In this document: positions 57,180-64,000 of the stretch, piece by piece
Layout: each line of letters opens with the position of its first letter
Position numbering within the stretch: position 1 is the stretch's first letter
Assembly (NCBI GenBank): GCA_031394125.1
Contig: JANMWS010000009.1
Coordinates: forward strand, 39,754 to 103,753
DNA length: 64,000 bases
DNA from: Gemmatimonadales bacterium
Lineage (GTDB): Bacteria; Gemmatimonadota; Gemmatimonadetes; Gemmatimonadales; Gemmatimonadaceae
Direction: 5' to 3'
Program-made: the position numbers and the translations under genes
The notes under the pieces: generated by a model
Seen by the model: the letters and a program-made list of their open reading frames with translations, nothing else
Database searches by the model: none
What the model was told of the DNA's origin: nothing

Positions 57180-58031
57180 TCAGGCAGCTCTCGAAGCGAG
57201 CACGTAGTCGACCAGCCAGTCGCGGTTAAGCTGCCGGAAGGTGGCGTCGCGAAGCAATCCAGCTGCGAGGAGCATCTCATGGGCGGGCTGGAGCACTCGT
57301 TGCAAGTGTGACGGATACCGCTGAGTAAGCGGCAACTGCTCGGCGAGTGAAGCGAGAGGTACTCGCCAGGTAACCATGCCTTCCTCGCGGGCGACTTCGA
57401 GGAGCCTGTACAGCCTGCGCGCCACTGGATTGGTGAGGGAGAGGTAATGAATGGCGGAAAGCGTGACGGTATGACCGGCAGCGATGTTCGAACGGATAAG
57501 CGGTCCAATCGTGACGTGTGCGTCACCCGGTTCTGATGCGGTCAGGACGGGAAACAGCGTGAACTGTTCGCGCTCGGCAAGTCTGCGCCGCGCGATGGAG
57601 ACGGAAGTAAGTATGGTGAAGCGTCCTTCTAGCGGCTGTCCTTCGCTTGCTGCAACGTACACCCCGCTCGACTCGAGGATCGTTCTCTCGAGCCGGGTGA
57701 GGGCAGACCGAAGCTGTTCGTACGTTCTGCCGTCGACACGCCTGCCGATCGAACGCAGGAAGGCGTGGAGGGTAAAGCTTACCACCCCGTCTTCGGGGGA
57801 TCCTGCCTCGTGGTAGCGGTGCAGGAGCTCGATGTAGACATCCTGATCGAAAGTGCCGGGCAAGCGGTCGCCTGGGCTGGGCAGAACGCGCCAGCGCCCG
57901 CCGCTCTCAGGAGAGAAGGAGATTGCCGAGTCCTCGGCGGAGTCGCTCAGACGGAAGATAGGAAGCGATTCGAGCGACCGATCGAGGACGATAGCACGCG
58001 TCGCGATTCGCCGACGGGCCACGTAGGTCAT
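57180..58031 (-). CDS. replication initiator protein A (RPA, plasmid RepA-like) family protein
   Basis: LESLPIFRLS near the N-terminus, DQDVYIELL, and GRRVDGRTYEQLRSALTRLERTILES. These match my recollection of the conserved RPA-family blocks (hPfFsL, DaDiLiyL, GgreYerLkaaLdRLq.t). Start is Met 58031 or GTG 58049. Confidence 0.6.
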   Translation of the reverse strand: MTYVARRRIATRAIVLDRSLESLPIFRLSDSAEDSAISFSPESGGRWRVLPSPGDRLPGTFDQDVYIELLHRYHEAGSPEDGVVSFTLHAFLRSIGRRVDGRTYEQLRSALTRLERTILESSGVYVAASEGQPLEGRFTILTSVSIARRRLAEREQFTLFPVLTASEPGDAHVTIGPLIRSNIAAGHTVTLSAIHYLSLTNPVARRLYRLLEVAREEGMVTWRVPLASLAEQLPLTQRYPSHLQRVLQPAHEMLLAAGLLRDATFRQLNRDWLVDYVLASRAA

Positions 58032-58042
58032 ACAGAGAGAAT

Positions 58043-59341
58043 ATGTCACTGATCAAGTACATAGCAATCGCAGCCCTGCTGTTGTTCGCTTTGGTGCTGG
58101 CGTTGATCGGCATCCTTTCCGTCACCCACGACACGCCGGTGCGGAACGTTATTGCGGAAGGGGACAAGGACGGCCCGCCGTCGATCGCGGACTCGCTGTT
58201 CTCGCGCAGCATCGAGCTTTATACCGGGACTCACATTGATCCCGGCAACAGAGTCCAGATTCTGCTGAACGGGGACGGCACCTACCCGCAGCTCTGGAAG
58301 GACCTCGCATCGGCCCAGCGCACCATCACGGTGCAGATGTACTACTCCCAGCCCGGCGCAGTTGCAGATACCATGGCCAAGTATCTGATCGAGAAGGCGC
58401 GCCAGAAGGTGCGCGTGTTGCTCCTGCTCGACGCCTTCGGGTCGCAGCCGCTCAAGCGGGATTGGCTGCAGCGCGTCAAGGCAGCTGGTGTCGAGGTGGT
58501 GTGGCTCCGGCCTCTGCGATGGTACAGTTTGCAGAAAGCCGCGCAGCGGTCCCACGTGCGCGTGGTCGTAGTCGATGGCCGAATCGGATACACGGGCGGA
58601 TTCGGGTTGGCCGACTATTGGCTCGGCGACGGTCACCACGAAGATCAATGGCGCGAGACGAACGTTCGATTCGAGGGCCCGACCGTCGCCGCGCTTCAAG
58701 CCACGTTCGCTGCCGGTTGGGCTGAGGCGACCGGAGAGCTGTTGACCGGGGACTTGTTCTTCCCGAAAAGCTCATTCGCTGAGGTCGGCAACATGAAAGC
58801 CGGCTTGATGCACAGCGTCCCGAGCATGGGCAGCACGCCAGCGGAGCGCTTCCTCGCGCTCTCGATCGCCGGCGCGCGAAAGTCCATCTATATCAGCAAT
58901 TCCTACTTCGTGCCGGGCGAGAATTTCATGCAGCTTTTGCTCGCGGCGCAGCGGAGAGGTGTTGACGTGCGCGTCATCACGGTAAGCAAGAAGACCGACG
59001 TGAAGACGACATGGTATGCGGGACGAACGTACTACGAGAAGCTGCTTGAGGGCGGCGTGAGGATCTACGAGTACCAGCCGACGATGATGCATGCCAAGAG
59101 CATGGTGGTCGATGGTATCTGGTCGTATGTCGGCTCGATGAACTTCGACAATCGATCGCTCTCGTTCAACGACGAATCGCTGCTGGTTGCCCTCGATCCA
59201 GCGGTGGGAGAGCAGATGAACTCGATCTTCATGGATGACATCAAGTCGTCCCAGGAGATGAAGCTCGACGAGTTTCGCAAGCGACCGTTGTCGAACAAGA
59301 TCCTTGAGTGGTGCGCGCAGAAGCTGCGACGCGTGCTCTAG
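58043..59341 (+). CDS. cls: cardiolipin synthase-like phospholipase D family protein
   Basis: N-terminal TM helix. The second HKD motif is canonical (HAKSMVVDGIWSYVGSMNFD). The first is degenerate (HVRVVVVDGRIGYTGGFGL). Confidence 0.8.
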   Translation: MSLIKYIAIAALLLFALVLALIGILSVTHDTPVRNVIAEGDKDGPPSIADSLFSRSIELYTGTHIDPGNRVQILLNGDGTYPQLWKDLASAQRTITVQMYYSQPGAVADTMAKYLIEKARQKVRVLLLLDAFGSQPLKRDWLQRVKAAGVEVVWLRPLRWYSLQKAAQRSHVRVVVVDGRIGYTGGFGLADYWLGDGHHEDQWRETNVRFEGPTVAALQATFAAGWAEATGELLTGDLFFPKSSFAEVGNMKAGLMHSVPSMGSTPAERFLALSIAGARKSIYISNSYFVPGENFMQLLLAAQRRGVDVRVITVSKKTDVKTTWYAGRTYYEKLLEGGVRIYEYQPTMMHAKSMVVDGIWSYVGSMNFDNRSLSFNDESLLVALDPAVGEQMNSIFMDDIKSSQEMKLDEFRKRPLSNKILEWCAQKLRRVL

Positions 59342-59392
59342 TACTCCGCCACCGTTCCGCATTTGGCCCGCGATGTGACGGGTACTGCTTCC

Positions 59393-62300
59393 ATGCTAGC
59401 GCGATTTCATCCCCTGGTAGGGCAATGGTTCGAGGAGACGTTCGGGGAGCCGAGCGCTCCGCAGCGCTCAGGGTGGCCGGCGATCGCCAGTGGATCGCAT
59501 ACGCTGATCCTCGCGCCCACCGGCACCGGAAAAACTCTCGCGGCTTTTCTATGGGAGCTGAATGAGCTGATCGTGCGCGGGCTCGAAGAGCCGCTGCCGA
59601 ATGCAGTGCACCTTCTTTACATCTCGCCGCTCAAGGCCCTCAACAACGACATTCAGCGAAATCTGGATCGCCCTCTAGCGGACCTTCGAAGCCGGTTCGC
59701 CGCCGCGGGGCAGGAGTTCCCGGAAATACGGGTCGCAGTGCGGACTGGCGATACGCCTGCCTCGGCTCGGGCCCGAATGCTCCGGAAAGCTCCTCACATT
59801 CTTATCACGACTCCCGAGTCTCTCAACATCATGCTGACGACGCTCAAAGGTCGTGGGATGTTCAGCAGCACTCGCGCGGTGATCATCGACGAGATACACG
59901 CCATCGCGGGAACGAAGCGAGGGTCGCATCTGGCCCTCACGCTGGAAAGACTTGAAGCGCTAGTTGAGACTTCGCCACAGAGAATCGGTCTTTCCGCCAC
60001 GCAGAGGCCTCTCGAGGAAGTCGCGCGGTTTTTGGGGGGCTGCGAAGATCATGCGTACGGCGCACCCCGATTCCGGCCAGTCACAATCGTCGACTGCGGG
60101 ATGACGAAAGAGATGATGATCTCGGTCGAGTCACCCGTCTCAGATCTCGGAAATGTTGGAGGAAGTATCTGGCCGGCGGTCGCGCCCCTCGTGCTCGGAC
60201 ACATCCGGGAGTTCCGTACCACCCTCGTCTTCGTCAACAACCGGGCACAGGCCGAGAAGATGGCGGCGCGGGTCAATGCGCTCGCTGAAGAGGAGATAGC
60301 TCTCCCTTATCACGGATCACTGGCAAGAGAGCGGCGCTTTGCGCTCGAGGAACGCCTCAAGGCCGGCTCGCTTCGCGCGCTCATTACTACGAGCTCCCTC
60401 GAGCTGGGAATCGACATCGGTTCCGTAGATCTCGTGATCCAGCTACAGTCGCCGAAGCGTGTCGCTTCCGCCCTACAGAGAATTGGACGCGCCGGTCATA
60501 CGCTAGGCGTACCGAGCCGCGGAATCCTGGTGCCGACCTTCCGCGACGATGCGGTCGAGATTGCGGCAATTGTCGCCGCGATGCGAGCAGGTGATGTAGA
60601 GCCCACTCACGTCGTTCAGAACGCGCTCGATGTGCTGGCGCAGGTGGTCGTCGCGGCAGTATCGGTCGACGATTGGCGAAGCGAAGACCTATTCAGCCTC
60701 GTCCGTCGATCGTACCCGTACCATCAGCTCACGCGGACCGCCTTCGATGAAGTGCTGGCGATGCTATCGGGAAAATATCCGTCGGATGTCGCGGCGGAAC
60801 TCGAGCCGAGGATAACGTGGGATCGCGTAAACGACAGGTTGACTGGCTCCCGCGCCGCGCGGATGACGGCTGTCATCTCGGGCGGGACTATTCCTGATCG
60901 TGGGTTGTACACGGTCAACCTGCCAGACCGGACACGGCTGGGTGAGCTGGACGAAGAGTTCGTGCACGAATCCAGGATGGGAGATGTATTTCAACTTGGC
61001 TCCTCTACCTGGAGGATCGCGGCGATCGAGCATGACCGCGTCGTGGTAACACCTGCGCCGGGGACGCCAGCACGGATGCCGTTCTGGCACGGGGAGTACA
61101 TGGCTCGATCGCTGATGCTCAGTCACCGAGTAGGCGCGCTTCGTCGCGAGCTGGCGGAAGCACCCGACGAAAAAGATCTCGCGGACCGATACGGTTGCGA
61201 TGCCGCGACGGCGAACTCTCTCGTGACATACATCGCGTCTCAGCGGGCAGCGACGGGCATCGTGCCTGACGACAAGAACATCGTGATCGAGCAGTTCAGA
61301 GATGAAACCGGTGCGGTGCGCATTGTGATTCACGCCGCATTCGGCGGGAGGATCACTGCGCCGTGGGGAATGGCTCTCGCTCAGCGCGTCCGCGAGTCTA
61401 TCAATAACACCGATCTTCAAGTGCAGACGACGGACGATGGGATCATGCTGCGGCTCCCCGATCTGGGGATGACTACGCCCATCCAGGCGCTGCTCGGACT
61501 TTCCGGTGCGGAGGCGGAGCAACTCGTTCTCGAAGAAGTGGGATCCACATCGCTCTTTGGCGCGCGATTCAGAATGAATGCGGCGAGGGCGCTGTTGCTG
61601 CCGCGCGGGAATCCCCGGCGGAGAATGCCGCTCTGGCTGCAGCGGTTGAAGGCGCTCGACTTGCTGCAGATGGTGCGGCAATTCCCGAGCTTTCCGATTC
61701 TCGTCGAGACTTACCGGGAAGTACTGCAGGATGCGTTCGACATGGATGGACTCAAGTCGACGCTCGCCGACATTGCCGCCGGAAATATCCGGATTCACAA
61801 CGTCAACACCGACGTTCCCTCTCCGTTCGCTGCGAGTCTGCAGTTCGGTTTCGTAATGGATTGGCTTTATGGCGATGACACGCCACGCGCGGAACAGAGG
61901 GCCGCGTTACTGTCGCTGGATCGCGCTCTCCTCGATGAAGTAATGGGTGGTGAGGGGAGCGATGACATCACTCTGGAAGGGATCGAGCAGACGCTCGCGG
62001 AAAGACGCGGCACCGCAGCCGGCAGGGGAGCACGGACCGATGACGAGCTTGCTCACCTGCTCGACAGAGCGGGCGATCTGAGCGGGGAAGAAGTCCGCTC
62101 TCGCGTGGCAACTCCAAAAGAAGGCGCGCGAGGAGATCCATTCGCGGAGCTTCACGCAAGCGGCCGCGTAGTCGCAATCAAGCTGGGAGTCGAAGGAGCG
62201 CGTGAATGGCGCTTCATCCTCACCGAGACGTATCCCAGATACGTCTCGGCGTTCAGTGCGGAGGAGCTGGCTCACGTGCGACAGGGCGTAGAGCTGATCG

Positions 62301-63844
62301 AACAGGATGCCGCAGCGGCGATTCCCGACGTGCTCCTCCATCCCTCTATAAATGCTTCAGTAGCGCGGCGGGAAATCCTCGCGCGATTCCTGACACAATC
62401 CGGACCGGTGACAGCTCAGGAGATTCACAACCGCTACGGATGGTCACTCGAGTGGATCGAATCCCGACTAAGCGAATGGGAGAGGACGGGGAAGCTCATT
62501 CGCGGAAAATTCCGTCGCGAGATGGAGGACATCGAATGGTGCTCGCGACGCGTGGTCGAAATCGGACGCAGGCGAGCCCTTGCTGCACTTCGCAAGCAGA
62601 TCGAAGCAGTAGAGCTTCCGCACTTCTCGGCGTTCATGCAGCGCTGGCAACATCTCGATGAACGCGATCGCCTCGAAGGAATGGCAGGGACCGCGACGGC
62701 GGTCCGCCAACTATATGGTATAGCACGACCGCCAGCCGCATGGGATCGCGACTATCTGCGCGCGAGAATAAGAGGATATGACCCACAGGCGTTGTCGCAG
62801 TTCAGCGCAACGGGGGAGCCTGTGTGGGTGGGAGAGGGTAATTACGATCCCGAGTCCGGCGCGATACCGCTTGGGCGGGTGCGCTTCTTCGAGCGCGGCA
62901 CCGGTGCGATTTGGTTACCGGGTGAACAGGAGCCGGTGCTCAGTGAAAACGCGGAAAAGGTGCGAGCGACGATCATGGCGGAGGGCGCATCGTTTATCGG
63001 CGACATACAGGCGATCACCGGGCTCACGATGCTGGCGACTCGTGAAGCGATCCGCGAGCTGGTAGCGTGGGGATTGGTTACGAACGACACGGTGGAGGCC
63101 CTTCGCGAAATCGGTCGCTGGAAACCGATGACGCCGCGCACTGGACCTGATCCAACGAGCTGGCTTCCGGCCGACTACACACCATCTCCCGATCGCAGGA
63201 TAGTTCAACGGCGTCCCAATCTGCGCCGACTTCCCAAATGGAGACGTCCGGACAAACCGGGCGCGACGCCAGGCGGCTGGACCGGCCGCTGGTCACTCGT
63301 TCGCAGACGCGGAACTCTAGGTCCGGACCTTCCGGAGGAAGAACGAGCAGAACGAATCGCGCGTCAGTGGCTCGCCCGCTATGGAATTGTCTCACGCGAT
63401 TGGTGGCGTCGCGAGCGGCCTCCGGTTCCGTGGCGGTCAATCTATCGCGAGCTCAAGAGACTCGAGTTTCGTGGAGAGGTGCGACGCGGGTATTTCGTAA
63501 AAGGACTAGGTGGCGCCCAGTTCGCTTTGCCTGACGCTGTGGAATGGCTTCGTGCGATTGCAAGCGAGGATCAGGCGCCGGCGAGCTTTGTTGTGATGGC
63601 GGCGAGCGATCCCGCGAATATCTACAACCTGCCCCTGGAGCTCGTTGATCGCGACCCATTGTCGAGACCTCGGGGCTCTGGCGCATTACTGGTGATGCGC
63701 GGCGGGCGGGTCGCAATCGCCGTGGAGGCACGGGGGCGTCGCTTCACAGTTGCAGACTGGTTATCGCCGGAGGAAGTCGCGGCTGCGAAGAGAACGTTAC
63801 TCGAACATTTGCGCGGTGAGCGATCGGCGCGCTACGTGATGTAG
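59393..63844 (+). CDS. lhr: large ATP-dependent helicase Lhr (full-length, about 1480 aa)
   Basis: Motif I APTGTGKT, motif II DEIH, SAT-like LSAT, motif VI QRIGRAGH, and a long C-terminal extension. Start is ATG 59393 or TTG 59363. Confidence 0.9.
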   Translation: MLARFHPLVGQWFEETFGEPSAPQRSGWPAIASGSHTLILAPTGTGKTLAAFLWELNELIVRGLEEPLPNAVHLLYISPLKALNNDIQRNLDRPLADLRSRFAAAGQEFPEIRVAVRTGDTPASARARMLRKAPHILITTPESLNIMLTTLKGRGMFSSTRAVIIDEIHAIAGTKRGSHLALTLERLEALVETSPQRIGLSATQRPLEEVARFLGGCEDHAYGAPRFRPVTIVDCGMTKEMMISVESPVSDLGNVGGSIWPAVAPLVLGHIREFRTTLVFVNNRAQAEKMAARVNALAEEEIALPYHGSLARERRFALEERLKAGSLRALITTSSLELGIDIGSVDLVIQLQSPKRVASALQRIGRAGHTLGVPSRGILVPTFRDDAVEIAAIVAAMRAGDVEPTHVVQNALDVLAQVVVAAVSVDDWRSEDLFSLVRRSYPYHQLTRTAFDEVLAMLSGKYPSDVAAELEPRITWDRVNDRLTGSRAARMTAVISGGTIPDRGLYTVNLPDRTRLGELDEEFVHESRMGDVFQLGSSTWRIAAIEHDRVVVTPAPGTPARMPFWHGEYMARSLMLSHRVGALRRELAEAPDEKDLADRYGCDAATANSLVTYIASQRAATGIVPDDKNIVIEQFRDETGAVRIVIHAAFGGRITAPWGMALAQRVRESINNTDLQVQTTDDGIMLRLPDLGMTTPIQALLGLSGAEAEQLVLEEVGSTSLFGARFRMNAARALLLPRGNPRRRMPLWLQRLKALDLLQMVRQFPSFPILVETYREVLQDAFDMDGLKSTLADIAAGNIRIHNVNTDVPSPFAASLQFGFVMDWLYGDDTPRAEQRAALLSLDRALLDEVMGGEGSDDITLEGIEQTLAERRGTAAGRGARTDDELAHLLDRAGDLSGEEVRSRVATPKEGARGDPFAELHASGRVVAIKLGVEGAREWRFILTETYPRYVSAFSAEELAHVRQGVELIEQDAAAAIPDVLLHPSINASVARREILARFLTQSGPVTAQEIHNRYGWSLEWIESRLSEWERTGKLIRGKFRREMEDIEWCSRRVVEIGRRRALAALRKQIEAVELPHFSAFMQRWQHLDERDRLEGMAGTATAVRQLYGIARPPAAWDRDYLRARIRGYDPQALSQFSATGEPVWVGEGNYDPESGAIPLGRVRFFERGTGAIWLPGEQEPVLSENAEKVRATIMAEGASFIGDIQAITGLTMLATREAIRELVAWGLVTNDTVEALREIGRWKPMTPRTGPDPTSWLPADYTPSPDRRIVQRRPNLRRLPKWRRPDKPGATPGGWTGRWSLVRRRGTLGPDLPEEERAERIARQWLARYGIVSRDWWRRERPPVPWRSIYRELKRLEFRGEVRRGYFVKGLGGAQFALPDAVEWLRAIASEDQAPASFVVMAASDPANIYNLPLELVDRDPLSRPRGSGALLVMRGGRVAIAVEARGRRFTVADWLSPEEVAAAKRTLLEHLRGERSARYVM

Positions 63845-63848
63845 CAGC

Positions 63849-64000
63849 TCAGCGAATGTCCGCACGGCCAAGAGCGGCGCGGACCGCCTCACGCATTGCG
63901 ATAACCGCTTCTTCACGCGCTGCCGGCGAGTCCTCGCGCACGTGCAGCTCGATGCCATCGGCGACGCCGAGTCGGTGCCAGCGCAGTGCGATGTCATCGT
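63849..64000 (-). CDS. partial CDS (C-terminal 49 aa), unknown function
   Basis: Open frame entering from the window edge, ending ...AVIAMREAVRAALGRADIR with stop 63849-63851 and good GC3. Absent from the ORF track because the start is outside the window. Confidence 0.4.
   Translation of the reverse strand, partial: DDIALRWHRLGVADGIELHVREDSPAAREEAVIAMREAVRAALGRADIR

Noticed and set aside
57180-63844. Reading the RPA-like / PLD-family / large helicase trio as a novel nuclease-helicase defence system
   Set aside because: The PLD protein has an N-terminal membrane anchor and the size and architecture of cardiolipin synthase rather than a Nuc-type nuclease. Lhr is a well-known repair helicase. 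The three genes are not co-oriented (minus, plus, plus) and have no shared regulatory signal that I can see.
1-64000. CRISPR arrays, tRNA/rRNA genes, IS elements, integrases, prophage or toxin-antitoxin modules
   Set aside because: Reading the intergenic regions, I saw no direct-repeat/spacer arrays, no cloverleaf-sized conserved RNA genes and no transposase or integrase-like ORFs. This was a by-eye scan, so short or degenerate elements could be missed.

Overview
This is a 64 kb high-GC (roughly 60-65%) chromosomal segment from a diderm-type bacterium. The diderm call rests on an outer-membrane beta-barrel protein, lipoprotein signal peptides and a periplasmic S41 protease; the taxon cannot be determined from here. 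Coding density is very high. I saw no rRNA, tRNA, CRISPR array, transposase or integrase.

The content is mostly housekeeping:
- An origin-proximal style block: Nif3, parB, parA with two parS-like sites, and mnmG.
- A translationally coupled serine-biosynthesis operon: serA, an FAD-linked oxidase, a serB-like gene, a class-V aminotransferase and an ABC-F ATPase.
- murB, an M16 peptidase pair, hisA-like, a cupredoxin, ispG and two cspA-type genes.
- A split arginine cluster (argH-argG, argR, argC-argB-argD) with ARG-box-like operators.
- Many secreted hydrolases (M28, M1, GH3, S41, an alkaline-phosphatase-family enzyme).
- A DNA-repair-rich right end: ku-ligD and a full-length Lhr helicase.

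I do not see a convincing novel multi-gene system such as a defence island or mobile element. The observations most worth follow-up are local:
- The FAD oxidase embedded in the ser operon, which may be a D-2-hydroxyglutarate dehydrogenase coupled to SerA.
- A perfect CRP-type palindrome upstream of the cupredoxin gene.
- An orphan polysaccharide-co-polymerase/BY-kinase-like protein with degenerate Walker motifs.
- A perfect 11-bp-arm AT-rich palindrome abutting the start of a small HTH gene.
- A Ser/Arg/Lys-rich histone-H1-like repeat protein.
- An NrtR-like regulator with a degenerate Nudix box, its own palindromic operator candidate and atypical composition, next to ku-ligD.
- A lone plasmid-type replication-initiator (RPA family) gene head-to-head with a cardiolipin-synthase-like gene and next to lhr.
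- A probably unannotated 69-aa zinc-ribbon ORF.

All functional calls come from motif recognition by eye. No database search was run.
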